Shown piece after piece: positions 1 through 14,562 of a DNA stretch of 64,000 bases. The position numbers were made by a program, and so were the translations under genes. The first letter of the stretch is position 1. Every line of letters starts with the position of its first letter. The DNA comes from Octopus bimaculoides (Eukaryota): positions 8,269,906 to 8,333,905 of the forward strand of contig NC_069001.1 in the NCBI RefSeq assembly GCF_001194135.2. Direction: 5' to 3'. The notes under the pieces are model-generated. The model saw only the letters and a list, made by a program, of their open reading frames with translations, was not told the origin of the DNA and made no database searches.

Positions 1-159
1 TATATATATGTATATATATATATATGTATATATGTATATATATATATATATACACATATATATATGTATGTATATATATATATATATGTGTATATATATA
101 TACACATATATATATATATGTATGTATATATATATATATGTGTATATATATATATACAC

Positions 160-210
<51 letters not shown>

Positions 211-232
211 CACATATATATATATATGTATA
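1..232. repeat. Compound (TA)n microsatellite with interspersed CA/TG variants
   Basis: Seen directly; it explains the YI-rich ORFs at 8-280. Confidence 0.95.
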
Positions 233-1885
233 TGTGTAAAAAAATTTGAGAACCACCTATTGATACAGCAAGTTTTGTGAGCCAGGAAACAAGCACACCA
301 CCATTTGAATGTGAGTTGAACACATTCACATATGTGAATTTAGTGCATTTGGTTGATTGAAACTGCAGGAAATCTGCATTACATACATATATATGATCAC
401 AACATTTTTACAGGTGCAGTTGTGACTAGAGTTAAGTAGCTTGTTTCCCAACCATGTGGTGTTGGGTCCAGTCCCACTGTGCAACAGCACGTTAGGCAAA
501 TGTCTTCTTGTATAGCCCTAGGCTGACCAAAATCTTATGAGTGGATTTGGTTGATGCAAAATGAAAGAAAGCTATCATATATATATATATATATATGTGT
601 GTGTCTTTGTGCTTGTCTACTATCACCACTGGACAACCAGTGTTGGTTTGTCTCTGTCTGTAACTTCGAGGTTGAGCAAAATAGACTGATAGAGATAAGT
701 ACCAAACTTAGAAAACAAATGCTAGGGTTGATTTGTTTGAGTAAATCCTTCAAGGCATTGCCCCAGCATGGCCATAGTCTTATAATTGAAATATATATAT
801 ATGATATGAAACTATTATCATTCTTTTATTCTTTTACTTGTTTCAGTCATTTGACTGCGGCCATGCTGGAGCACCGCCTTTAGTCGAGCAAATCGACCCC
901 AGGACTTATTCTTTGTAAGCCTAGTACTTATTCTATCGGTCTCTTTTTGCCGAAGCGCTAAGTTATGGGGACATGAACACACCAGCATCGGTTGTCAAAC
1001 AAAGGTGGGGAGACAAACACAGATACAAACATATGCACACACACACATACANNNNNNNNNNNNNNNNNNNNNNNNNNNNNNNNNNNNNNNNNNNNNNNNN
1101 NNNNNNNNNNNNNNNNNNNNNNNNNNNNNNNNNNNNNNNNNNNNNNNNNNNNNNNNNNNNNNNNNNNNNNNNNNNNNNNNNNNNNNNNNNNNNNNNNNNN
1201 NNNNNNNNNNNNNNNNNNNNNNNNNNNNNNNNNNNNNNNNNNNNNNNNNNNNNNNNNNNNNNNNNNNNNNNNNNNNNNNNNNNNNNNNNNNNNNNNNNNN
1301 NNNNNNNNNNNNNNNNNNNNNNNNNNNNNNNNNNNNNNNNNNNNNNNNNNNNNNNNNNNNNNNNNNNNNNNNNNNNNNNNNNNNNNNNNNNNNNNNNNNN
1401 NNNNNNNNNNNNNNNNNNNNNNNNNNNNNNNNNNNNNNNNNNNNNNNNNNNNNNNNNNNNNNNNNNNNNNNNNNNNNNNNNNNNNNNNNNNNNNNNNNNN
1501 NNNNNNNNNNNNNNNNNNNNNNNNNNNNNNNNNNNNNNNNNNNNNNNNNNNNNNNNNNNNNNNNNNNNNNNNNNNNNNNNNNNNNNNNNNNNNNNNNNNN
1601 NNNNNNNNNNNNNNNNNNNNNNNNNNNNNNNNNNNNNNNNNNNNNNNNNNNNNNNNNNNNNNNNNNNNNNNNNNNNNNNNNNNNNNNNNNNNNNNNNNNN
1701 NNNNNNNNNNNNNNNNNNNNNNNNNNNNNNNNNNNNNNNNNNNNNNNNNNNNNNNNNNNNNNNNNNNNNNNNNNNNNNNNNNNNNNNNNNNNNNNNNNNN
1801 NNNNNNNNNNNNNNNNNNNNNNNNNNNNNNNNNNNNNNNNNNNNNNNNNNNNNNNNNNNNNNNNNNNNNNNNNNNNNNNNNNNNN

Positions 1886-1923
<38 letters not shown>

Positions 1924-2544
1924 AATATATATATATAGATGTACATTTATCTTGCCCTGACATCACTTGATAGTTGTAAGTGTCCTTTGTTTTCAATTTT
2001 CTGTGAAAATACGTCTGGTCATGGAAAAATATTGCCCTACTTGGGGAGAGATGAAGGCTGGCAACAAGCAGGATATCAGGCCATTGAAAATCTGCCTCAA
2101 TAAATTCCATCTGATGCGTATGAGTATGGGAAAGTGGACATTAAAGTGATGATAATGTGTTTTTAAATATTCATCTTATATACTGTATATAATCCTCCAC
2201 ATTACAGGAGTAATGTGTTTCTGGAAATCTTGCCATAATGTGAAATAAATTTTCCTATTGATTTTCATGTTATAAAATGATAATGCATTCAACCCCACAA
2301 AAACAAAACAAACAACACTTTTATCTATGTAAATAATTTCTAACCATATGCAATACAATATTTATTCATAAAAACATTTGAAGAGGAATATGTTAGGGAA
2401 TATATAAGAATTGTAGTATTGTAATAGTGGACTTTCTTATCACAAAAGATGTGGACTACTGTGTGAGAAATTGTAATAGTCAATGGAGGTTACTGAGAGA
2501 ATGAGAGAGACTATTATGCTATCTTCTTCATCAAAATTTATTCA

Positions 2545-3690
2545 AAGAGTGAAGAACTTATCCAAAGCTCTTTGTTTATGATGCATCATCTCTTTGTACA
2601 GCTCAGTGTAGAAACTGAGCCCATTGTAAACTCTCTTTGTAATTATTTTGTTGTATTCCACATTAGGGTTGTTATTAGAAAAACTTACCGACCTTTCTCT
2701 ATAAGTAGCAAATGTTTAGCAATTTTCTTTGCAGTAAGTGGAGTTGGTGGAATTTCTGTATTCTCTCTCATATTCCTCATTAGATATACTTTCTGTGTGA
2801 GACATTAACAACTCAACTGCATCATTCTCTAAGACTTCTTTTAATCTACAACATTTACTAGTATCACAATCTCTTTCCAAATTTGATGTACACTTTCTAC
2901 TTGTAGAAAACTTGTAACATCATGGGTACAATCTGGCCATATATTTTTCCAAGCACCATTCAAAGTTGAGAATTTCACTTTCTTCCTTGACTTGGCAATG
3001 TTATCCACTGCATCCATTATGTTGAACTTCTCCCAGAAGTCTCTAACTATAGGTTTATCCTCCCTGTCAATTGCTTTCATAAGTTATGTGAAAGTTATTT
3101 TCAGATAATATGCCTTGAAGTTGGCTGTCATATCCTGATCTTCTGGATAGAGAAAAGAAGTTGTATTCTTAGAGATTTATTCTACTCTCACAGTATAAAA
3201 AAGCTCATTTAAATTCACTTGATTGTCTAAAAAGAGCAATGCTTTGTTGAGATATTTTATCTGGCACTACCTTTTTACACCACTCTTCAAAAGGCTTGGT
3301 TATCTATGCTTTCTTATTTGAAAGCCAAATCAGAGTTAAATTAAACTTTGCATAACCCTTGAAAGCTCTTGGATTTTCAAAATACGGGTTTCAGCTTCAT
3401 ATCACCAGGGTATTTTCTTATAGAAGTAGTGTCAGATGATTTTTGGCTGATTTAAATACTTCTCTTGAAATAAAAGTTCTAGCAGTTATACACTTCTAGA
3501 AAAGTGCAATTTCATCAGCATTGTATACTTGCTTTGATGTGTAGCCCTCTTCAGTAATCCTTTTTGCTTGTTTGTCAGGTGCTCAGGATAATTAGTAGTA
3601 GCTTCTGTATTAGCACTGGCAGCTTCAACAGTCATTTTTACATTATGCAAATTCAAGCACTTGTTAATCCTTTCCAATCTACATAAAAAC
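2545..3690 (-). mobile_element. Decayed Tigger/pogo-type transposase fragment
   Basis: Frameshifted minus-strand pieces: LHNVKMTVEAASANTEA, GYTSKQVYNADE, ENPRAFKGY, ALLFLDN, EDQDMTANFKAYYL, FWEKFNIMDAVDNIAKS...TLNGAWKNIWP. These are typical DDE_1/Tigger motifs. Confidence 0.85.
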
Positions 3691-4781
3691 ATTACACTCC
3701 ACTCATACACACAGACATACTCATACACTGCTCTGTTGACCTACATCATATGTAGCTACAGTCATTGCTATCATGCTGATTCTTTTCTTGTTTTTATTCA
3801 AAATTTGGTGTGTTGGTGTTGGTTATATTAGTTTTAGTGTTGATGATTGTTGTGACAGTGAAGTTGGGATACTACTGATGGTGGTAGTGGTCATATTGTT
3901 CTTGTTACTTGGGTACCAAATATCTCATGTGATTGTCTTATTTTAGATGGAGTTGCTCATCTTGTTCATATTAAAGTTACTGGTCATTAAGGAGTTGGTG
4001 GGCTGGTAATGGCAGTGGTTGTATTGGTTTTTGTGTTGGCTTTGATAGATAGTATTAATATTTGGGGTGAAGGCTGATTTTGATACATAAATAGAAAGGT
4101 AAAGAGGTAAGTAGATAGATAGATACTCATTATGATCCAAGAAACTACATATGCAAATATTCACAATGAAAAATTCAGACTCGCACTCCATAAGTGCTGA
4201 GTGTAGCATACACCAAAACTCATGCATAGCCATATATATTTCATTAAATCAAAAATGTATCCTTGTATGCTATTTCGTCATCTGTTATCTGCCTTTGTTG
4301 TTCAAGTATATGTGTTACAGGTCACCGAGTTATTTCTTTTTGCTCATTTTCATTTCATTTATGTAAACTACCTAGGCTATGAATGCAATCTACTCTATTG
4401 TGTGTTTATCTGATATGCTGAAGGTAAAGTAGGACAATTGCAATGGTGGTGATGATGCGTATTCAGGCAGAGACGTGTGTTCACAGCTGTCCTCTTGTCC
4501 TCAGACAGTCAGACTGTCTTTTCCTTAATTATGTGCCAATTTTGGCAAATTCTTGATTCTTGAGATTATTTCACCTTTTCATTTGGAGTTGGTATCAGTT
4601 GCTACAAAGCATTTGGTCTCCTTGATCTGGAAATAGAGATGATTTCAATAAACCAAGACTACATCTTATATGTTGTTTGATATACCCTTATTAATTTTTG
4701 TTCAAATTCATGCCACTAGCCACCCTTAAGAGTTTTTTCTCTTAGCTTATTAGTGTTATATACAAGTATACACACATATAA

Positions 4782-4812
<31 letters not shown>

Positions 4813-6214
4813 TTCCTTTCTTGAGCGTCCAGTAACACAATATCTGTATCACGTCATCATGTTGTTTTTTGTTGTTTTTCTTGTTTGAACTCACTATATA
4901 TANNNNNNNNNNNNNNNNNNNNNNNNNNNNNNNNNNNNNNNNNNNNNNNNNNNNNNNNNNNNNNNNNNNNNNNNNNNNNNNNNNNNNNNNNNNNNNNNNN
5001 NNNNNNNNNNNNNNNNNNNNNNNNNNNNNNNNNNNNNNNNNNNNNNNNNNNNNNNNNNNNNNNNNNNNNNNNNNNNNNNNNNNNNNNNNNNNNNNNNNNN
5101 NNNNNNNNNNNNNNNNNNNNNNNNNNNNNNNNNNNNNNNNNNNNNNNNNNNNNNNNNNNNNNNNNNNNNNNNNNNNNNNNNNNNNNNGCAGGTATCACTG
5201 TGTATTTAAGAAATGTGCTTCTCTACTGTGTAGTTTGCAGTTCAGTCCCATAGCTTAGCCCTGAGCTGATCAAAGCCTTGTGAGTGGATTTGGTAGACAG
5301 AAACTGAAAGAAGCCCATTTTGTATGTATAGTTATGAGTGTGCGTGTGTGTGGGGTATGCCTGTATGTTTGTGTCTCCTTGTCTTGATGTGACACAGTAG
5401 TTATAAATAGGCATCACAATTATACAAGCAGTGCACTTTGGGGCCATGGGAAAATATTATCTTACTTGGATACAGTATGAAGGTTGGCAACAGGAAAGGC
5501 ATCTTGCTATGCAAAATCTACCTTCACAAATTCTACCGCATCCATGCAAGCATGGACAAGTGAATGTTAAAATGAGGATGAACTATATACAAGAGCAGTT
5601 GTGAATCTGTGCTTCTGTGTGTAAACTTCCAGTGAGAATGAAGGATGAGTTTAATAGCAGCAGCTAATGGCAAAACATGCTTCTGATGTATGCAAAATAA
5701 GGCTACTATTTTGAATCAATGTAAAATAAATGGAACTAAACAGGGTGGGTAGGTTTTGTTGTCTTTGGTCTTAGTGACAAAGATACCATGTATATTGGTG
5801 TCAGTGGTTGTGTATTGTTTTATCTACTTGGACACCTTGTATTAGATACTTTTGTCTTGTATCTTGGTGATGGTTTAATTTGCGTTGCTCTAGAGGTCCT
5901 CTCATTCTATCCTACCTCTTCCTACTTCCCTCTCTATCTCCATCTCCCTTGTATTAATCCATAGGAAAGAACTCTACATGCATGTGCTTCCATGTTTGAA
6001 TAGACACATGCACACACACAAATGCACTACTCCTGTTGCGTGTATGTATAGAAGCATACACGTTTCTTTGTATATGTATTAATCCTTTGCATATATTCAT
6101 TTGTTTGTGTATGTATATATATTTAGATGTATAAGCACACACATGCACATATATATTTATTTGTATATATATATATAATATATATACACACACATACAAG
6201 CACACACACATCAG

Positions 6215-6381
6215 TGAAGGCATGACCATGTGATTAAAAAGTTTGCTTTCCAACCATGTGGTCTTGGGTTCAGTCACAACGTGCACCATCTTGGTCTAGT
6301 GTCTTCTACTACAGCTCCAGGCTCACCATGGCTTTGTGAGTTTGGGTGATGGAAAAATAAAAGAAACCCACTGTATATATA

Positions 6382-6412
<31 letters not shown>

Positions 6413-6663
6413 GTGTATAGGTGTATGTGTGTGTATCTCGCAACATCACGTGATGGTTGTAAATGAGCATCACTGTTATAGAAGCGATGTTGTTCCTTTT
6501 TCCAGTTTTCTCTGAAAAATGTCTGGCCATGGGTAAATATTACTCTGCTTGGGAACAGGTGAGGGTTGCAACAGGAACGGTGCTCAGCTGTAGGAAATCT
6601 GCCTCAACAAATTCTGTTTGATCCATGAAAGCATAAAGAATTGAACATTAAAATAATGATGAT
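6215..6663 (+). mobile_element. SINE variant: family-A head with a different 3' half ending in the RTE-like tail
   Basis: Same tRNA-like head, then ggccatgggtaaatattactctgcttgggaacaggtgagggttgcaacaggaac (Deu/Nin-domain-like; inference), ending cattaaaataatgatgat. Similar pieces at ~5188-5580, 1960-2155 and 22140-22375. Confidence 0.65.
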
Positions 6664-6705
6664 TATATGGATTTATATTTATGTATATATTTGTGTTTAT
6701 ATGCA

Positions 6706-6777
<72 letters not shown>

Positions 6778-7213
6778 ATGTGTCATGGATGTATATATAT
6801 TGATATATTTATATATGCATATCTGCATATATATGTGTATGTGTGTGCATGTGTTTATGAATATATGTGCATAAATATGTACATATGTGTGTATATATAT
6901 GTGCATAACTGTGCATTTATGTGGTGTGTGCAGGTATGTTTATATATCTGATAATTTGGTAGTGTTGTTGGCACATGACGTTTTGTATAATTTTCACTTC
7001 CTAACCGCACAACCATCATCCTTTCGACTCCACCATCTTTATGGGTATTTAATTTTTTTTTTTCTATCTTGTCTCTCTCTTTCTCTCTTTCTCCCCCTCC
7101 TTTTATTTTCTGATATTAAAAGAGAAAAAAAAACGATAATGATATGAAATGAAAGAATCAAGCAAACACACTATTTTACAAGCACTACTTCTCCGCTCTC
7201 CTTTATCTCTCTG

Positions 7214-7253
<40 letters not shown>

Positions 7254-8488
7254 TGCACCTGACTTAGAAGTGATGTCAGCTGGTCGTTTACACAGAAGTC
7301 ACAGGGAGGAGGAGGAGGAGGAGGAGCAGCAGCAGTGGAATGAAGAGCGGAGGAATTACAATAAACAATAAACAAAACACTTCTCCCCTAAATTATGCAA
7401 ACCTATTCTAAATCGGAGGGAACTTGTTAACTGTGACTTATCGTATAAAAATAGACTTCGATTTACAAGTGGAAAACCTGAATTGTCTATTGATTTTGAG
7501 AATAAAATTTCACCCTAGACATTGTGTCCGTTTGTTCCCTCAGCTAGAGGAGGAATTTCAAGAATGCAGTTTTTCTTTCCATGCCACACTATCACAATCA
7601 GCACATTCATCATTATTGCCATATAGAACCAAAAAGGAGCCTCTACATAGTTGCTTTGCCTAATAGTTATAGCAGCAAAATCACCCTCAAATCACATGCA
7701 TATACTCTGGTCTTGAAAAAGGAAAAAAAACATTAAGGAATATTAAATATTGTAAATCCAGATATCAAAATACGTTGCAGTTGGAATTCCTTTGATCAAA
7801 GGTGTATACTATGATATGCAGATTGGATTATAGGTTTGCTAATTTAGGGATGGAGTGGAGTTGAAATCCTCCTCCCCTCACCACCACCATCGCCATTATT
7901 GTCACTTTCCCTACCTGTTTTTGTTAAAATGATTATATTCCTGAATGTTATATCTATATGGTGCTTGTTATTGCACTCTGCAATCTTTATATGTTGCACT
8001 ATGCAATTTATTTATACACACACACACACGGTGTATAGCAGGGGTTTATAATTTGAGCTGTGTCCTCGTGAAGCACATCTGCACACTCTATTAATCAAAT
8101 GTATGTATGTAGATATTTTATTTTAAATGAGAAAGTCATGCACACTAGTTGAAACTCCCGGTGAATCAATATTTGCAGAGTATATCAGATAGTACAATAT
8201 ATATACACACACACACACACACATATATATGTGAATACTTATGTGTGCATATNNNNNNNNNNNNNNNNNNNNNNNNNNNNNNNNNNNNNNNNNNNNNNNN
8301 NNNNNNNNNNNNNNNNNNNNNNNNNNNNNNNNNNNNNNNNNNNNNNNNNNNNNNNNNNNNNNNNNNNNNNNNNNNNNNNNNNNNNNNNNNNNNNNNNNNN
8401 NNNNNNNNNNNNNNNNNNNNNNNNNNNNNNNNNNNNNNNNNNNNNNNNNNNNNNNNNNNNNNNNNNNNNNNNNNNNNNNNNNNNNNNA

Positions 8489-9773
8489 GTGAGTAAACTG
8501 CTGTCTAAATTACACAAAAATGAAAATAACACTGACATCTCATTTTAACATATTTACCAAAATTACATAAAAATATCTTCAAATACTAAAGAGTAAATTT
8601 ATTCAATAAAATCACCATTGGCTTCAACCACTGCCTCCAGACGACTTCAGAATCTTCTGCACTTCTTCTGGATGGTCTCCTTATTTAAGTTGGTGAATGC
8701 TGCCATAATCCTTGCATTCAGTTCATCTTTGGTGTTACAAAGAGTTTTGTTGGTCTTTTGTTCAACTGCAATCGACACATAATAATCAAGGGGGTTGCAG
8801 TCTGGGGAGTTAGGTGGCCAGATGTTAGGGGTGATGTCACAGAAATTGATGGACAGCCATGACTGGGTTCTCTTGCTTGTGTGGCATGGTGCAGAGTCCT
8901 GTTGCCAGACATAGCGTTTTCCAGCAGCCACCCTTTTGACCCAGGGCAGCATTACCTCCTTCAGGCATTTAATGTTGGCCTCTGTGTTGAGTTTGAGGCC
9001 AAGTAGGAAGATGAATGGAGACATAACGTTGCCATCACTAGTGATCACTCCAAACACCATGATGTTGACTGGATGTTTGATTTTTATCGCTCTTGGTATA
9101 TATTTTGGGGACATGGCAAGCCAAAAGTTGTTCTGTGTGTTCACTATCTGATCCGGGTAGAAAATTTTCTTGTCTGCGAAAAACCAAAGCATGTGTTGGA
9201 GGGGATGCTTGAGTTTGTTCAAATGCTTTGTAGTGCAGTCTTTCTGTTTGTCCTTGATGGCTTGGGATAAAAATTGGCCCTTTCTCATCTTGTATGAGGA
9301 ATACCGAATGTCTTCATGCACTACCTGTCTGATAAGAAACTTATACACTCTCATGTCCTTGGCATTGGACCTGATTGACTTGGAGGAATTGTTGTCATTT
9401 ATGGCCTGAATCTCACCAACAAATTCAAGAATTTTTCTCTTATCAGAGCAATCAGAGTGAGTTTTCCGAGCTGCCATACTTTCGTAATCACCATTAGACT
9501 AATTCAACTCTTTCCGAATCCTCTGCACTGTCCTCAGATTGACACCCAAACACTCTGAAATGTTTGTATTGGAGCTTCCGGTGTGAATACCAAGCAGCGT
9601 GGTATGTTGTTCCCAAATTTCTGGCAGAGTGAATTGCGTCATGGTGCTGTTTTTGTCACAGATGGTGCCCAACTGACCCTACCATACTGTGTAGTTGACA
9701 AAATCCCAAACAAACAATGCGCATGTGTGAAACTACATATATAAAATGACCACAATTTACCCATTGCACCATA
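8489..9773 (-). mobile_element. Tc1/mariner superfamily DNA transposon, maT (DD37D)-like, near full length
   Basis: Contains the transposase pseudogene below. Right terminus aaaatgaccacaatttacccattgcacca|ta runs into a TA tract. The left terminus (gagtaaactgctgtc at ~8491) partly matches its reverse complement and disappears into the gap. Confidence 0.9.
8599..9642 (-). pseudogene. maT-like transposase, 1044-nt frame with two in-frame stops
   Basis: Single frame from ATG at 9642 (MTQFTLPEIW...LGVNLRTVQRIRKELN*) to TAA at 8599-8601 (...RF*SRLEAVVEANGDFIE). Stops at 9499-9501 (TAG) and 8647-8649 (TGA). Catalytic motifs WFFAD, VWQQDSAPCH and WPPNSPDCNPLDYY; 36 residues between the second and third Asp. 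Confidence 0.92.
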
Positions 9774-9819
9774 TATATGTCTGTGTGTAAATGTATTTAG
9801 GTGTTTGTGTGTGTGTGTG

Positions 9820-9872
<53 letters not shown>

Positions 9873-10775
9873 GTCATAGAAGCCATTTTAGCATCTTGGT
9901 CATTTAAGTTATGAGGTGATCATCATTAGTGCTGATGCTACAAAAAAAAAAAAAAATGCACCTCGTACATTTTGCGAAGTGGTTCACTTTAAGAACAGCA
10001 TTCAGCCATAGAAACCATGCCAAAGTAGACTTTTGTGCATGGTGTAGTCTTCCAATTTGTCAAATCCTGTCAAACCTCCAGCTCATTCCAGTATCAAAGC
10101 CAACTCTTAAATAATGTAAATGTGACTGTGTGTGTGTGTGTATATACATATATCTTTTTTATCTTTTTATCTTGTTTGTTAGACTGTGATCATGAAGAAT
10201 TTTAGTCAAATGAATTGACCCTTGTACTTGTTATTCCTTGTTTTTGAAACCTGCTACTTATTCTATTGGTTTCTTTTGCCAAACCACTAAGTTGTAGGGT
10301 TGTAAACACACCAACATTGGTTGTCAAGTGGTGATGGTGGGACAGACACACGCACACACACACACATGCATGCATATATGATGGATTTCTTTCAGTTTCC
10401 ATCTACAAAATCCATTCATGAGGCTTTGGTTGGCCCAAGGCTCCTTTAGAAGACCCTTGCCCAAAGTGTCACACTGTGGAACTGAATCCAGAACCATCTC
10501 TTGTTGGGAAGCAGGTTTCTTGACATACACACACACACACACACAAAGTCTTTATGTGTGTGCATGTATGTATATATTTGTGTATGTATGTCTTTTTATT
10601 ATATATATAGCATGATTTTAGCAAAATAGATATTTATTTCCCCTTTTCTAAAGATATTTACAATGTAATGGGAAATTTAGTGTTAAAAACATTTGCAAAC
10701 AGTATTGTAATAAAATAAAAAATTACAAAAGTTCTGTATATGATTTAAATGTTAAAGGGACATTTGAATGGCCTG

Positions 10776-10809
<34 letters not shown>

Positions 10810-13542
10810 GCACACACACACACACACACACACACATCCATACCTACATGCATATACATATACACACTTACATCCCCCCACATGTGCACTTACTAGAATA
10901 TGTGCACTTCACCCACATAACATTTAATCCCTCTGGCTACAGTTGTATGAAATTCTATATCTGCATGCAATATATACACCCACACTTCCAAACTTTCACA
11001 CATTCTAGACTTCTCCAGTATCTATGAATGGTGGTTGAAAATTTGTCTTGAGCAAATTTTCTATAAAGTTTTCATATTCTTCATAGTATTTTCACAGCTG
11101 TCCTCCGACACTCAGGAAAGTGTTTTCACTGGTGTGTATAAAAGAGAGAAGTTGCTAAATGAGCATTCTTTATTAATAGATTTGATGGTGCCTAACCTAG
11201 TTTTTCTGTTTTGTTTAAATTATACACAGTTATATATAATATGACTTGTGCATAGGAAGGAAAGAAAAGAAAAGAGAGTCTGCAGTTGTAGGTGCTGCTG
11301 CTGCTTTCATAATCTGGTAATTGGGTCTTATTGCAAGTGTTAGCAAGCAGATGGAGAGATGTATATAACCTGTTAAAAAAAGAGCAATAGAAATACGGGG
11401 TGGGTACCAGCTAACTTAAATTTAACAGTTGACTAGAATATATGTGTTGACATTTGTTGTTGTTTGGCTACAGGATAGTACTGACCAAGTAGACCTATAG
11501 AAAGAAGCGCTAGTGTTTAAGCCATAACCATCTTGTCTTTTATTTAAGAAGAGGATTATATTATCTAATGTATTTTTGTTTGTCAAGTTATTTGGGTATT
11601 AAAGAGAAGTTCTAGGAAATATTACTTGACAAAATAGGTTTCTTGTAAATATCGTGATGTTACATGACAGTGATATAATGACATTGAATACGGAAAATCT
11701 GTGAGGACTACAGCAGGTAGACTATATGGAATATAAGTGAGTAGTGTTACATGATAGTGAAACAAGGGTATTAAATATCTACGTCAGATAGAAATGTGCT
11801 CATTTAGGTGTACCATATCAGCTTGCATGTAAGCCAAAATGCTAGTGATATGACAATGGTTGGTATTGAATACATCAGGTAATGTGTGTTGGGGAGATGA
11901 TAACAGTGGCATGGCTATATGATGTGACTTGATGAAGATTTCTGGGAATGGGGAGAAATATGCTGCAGAGAAAATGAATGTAAGAGATAGAGGCAAGATG
12001 TGGTGAAATTGAATGTGATGTTGGCTTTTGCTGATCAAACAGCTCAGAGATGAAGAGAAATAGAATATGAATTAAAACCACCACTGCCATAAACACACAC
12101 TCACACAGAGTAGAATATATCTGAATATTCAATAGTTTGTTGCTGAAGAGTTGGGTAGAGGCATGGTGCTGTGGTTAAGAATTTTGCTTTACAATTACAT
12201 GCTTTCCAGTGTGATCTCAATGTATAGAAACTTGGACAGATGTCTTCTGCTTTAGTTTTAGATTGACCCAGTCCTTTTGAGTGAAATTGGGTAGTTGAAA
12301 ACCATGTGGATAGAAGGATGGAAACCCATTAGATGGATACTTCTTTTTGTGTTCAGTTTAATGCCCTATCTGACCTTTAAGAGAAGTTTCTTGTTTCATT
12401 TCCTCTTCACCAATTTTGAAGGTCATTGATGCTGCCCTTCCTTCTCTGAATGAATCAGAAAGAAAGAAAAAAAAATAACAGTGGTCTCATTATACAAAGC
12501 AGTTGTTCATGTTGTCATAAACAACGATGGCTACTTTATTTTTCATTCCTTTGGAAAGTGTAACGAATAAGTACCAGTCATACTTGTATTTTATTTGATC
12601 AATCACAACCATTGCTTACAATCTGTAATCTTGTGTCAAAAATCTTCAACATAAAATAAATTTCTATTTTGTGAGAAATTGTCTTTGCATATTGAAATGG
12701 CTTTCAGCCATTTCAGTATGCAAAGACAATTTCTACCGAACTGCAGGCATATTCTTTGCAGGTGATGCAAACAATCTTCACTATTTTTCTTTAAATGGTA
12801 TTAATATGAACATGGCAAAACACACTCATATGCAGCTTCTGTCTACCAAATTTTACCCATAAATCAATGATCATCTCCTTTCCCCAAATTCATGGCCTTG
12901 TAGCAATGCAATTATTGTCATGGATGATTTTCTTTTCTCCTACAAACTTTCATCTGGAATGAGTACAATAGTGGTGGTAGGTTCAGTTTAGTGGATTATT
13001 TTCTTCTGCCATGACAAACTTGTGTGTGACTTTGTACCAATGTCAGAAATATAAGGAAGACTAACTGGAAGAATTCTTATATTTGTATTCTTAGGATTAA
13101 TTGATGATGTATTTATGAAAGGAGTGTAATGTCATTGCAGATGGTAATGTCACTTCTTGTTCTCCAACCTTAGAGACACATACACACACACACTCTCTTT
13201 GTGTGACTTTCCTTTGTATATCTGCCTGTTCCCCATCTCTCTTTCTAATATATATATATATANNNNNNNNNNNNNNNNNNNNNNNNNNNNNNNNNNNNNN
13301 NNNNNNNNNNNNNNNNNNNNNNNNNNNNNNNNNNNNNNNNNNNNNNNNNNNNNNNNNNNNNNNNNNNNNNNNNNNNNNNNNNNNNNNNNNNNNNNNNNNN
13401 NNNNNNNNNNNNTAAAGAGAGAGAGAGTTGTTCAGAAATTCAAAACTGAGTAACAATGAATTGAAATCTCACTTTAGAAAGAAAAACAAACAAATAGTGT
13501 GTGTACATACATACACACACACAGACACATACATGCGCACGT

Positions 13543-13584
<42 letters not shown>

Positions 13585-14562
13585 TATTTATTTATATTTA
13601 TCTATCTATATAAACTTGTACAAAGTTTATTAGCATAACTGCAATACAACACTGCTAGAACTTGTGTGTGTTGCAAACACATTCTTCTGTTTTTATTTCA
13701 GTGAGACATTATTGCTGCTAACCAAGTAGAATTAATTGACATGAAATAGATGTCTAGTTCTTTTACAATACACTATTATTTTTATGTGTGTCAGTGTGTC
13801 TGAAAGTGTGAGTGAATATGCAGATACACACAGATAATGCACACAGTTATTTGTTAATAAGAACGGCAAGGGAATATTTATAGGTAAAGTTAGCCTGTCA
13901 TATCAGCAGGTATCAGCATTATTATTTTATGTCAATTTTTTTAATGTTTGTATGTGTTATATAAGTCTTCTCTAGCACTGCATATTGCCATTTGTTGTGG
14001 TTCGTTGTCCCTTCATTGGTGAGGTTCAGCCTCTTAAAAATCAAGCTTTCCATTTTACCTCTTCTGCAAGTTCCTTCCACTTGAATAGTTATATTCATTT
14101 GCTTTTATGTTTATTTTTCCATGTTATCATGGGTTAGACATTAATTTATTGAGACATTGCTTTTTCTCACTCAGATGCCTTTCCTGTCACTAACCTTTGC
14201 TTATTTTCCAAATAAGGGGGTCTCTTATTTCACATGGCTTTGAAAGTGTGGGCAATTTGTCAACAAGAGAAGTGAGAACAACAATGATGTTTGTAGCAAG
14301 CAACTTTTGTAGACCCCTAAATGTAAACATGCATTCTGTGAGCTTTCAGTTTCTGTCTACTGAATTCATTCATAAGGCTTTGTTCAGTCTGTAGTTATAG
14401 TAGCAGGTGCAAAGTACTGCACTGTGGAACTGAACCCCCCAAAAATGGTTGGAAAGCGAATTTCTTAACCATATGGCCATACCCTATACTTAATACATCT
14501 ATGTATCTATTTATTTGTGTGTGTATATATATAGATGTATATACATCTTATTTACATACATA

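Noticed and set aside
8-280. YI/HT/CV-rich ORFs here and throughout the ORF track
   Set aside because: They are translations of dinucleotide microsatellites; ORFs containing X simply run through N gaps.
5188-5260. tRNA-like A/B-box sequences in many places
   Set aside because: They are SINE heads; no complete cloverleaf, so no tRNA gene is called.
11780-12010. Possible very old RTE C-terminal remnants here and at ~43180-43300 and ~49800-49950
   Set aside because: Too degenerate to call by eye.
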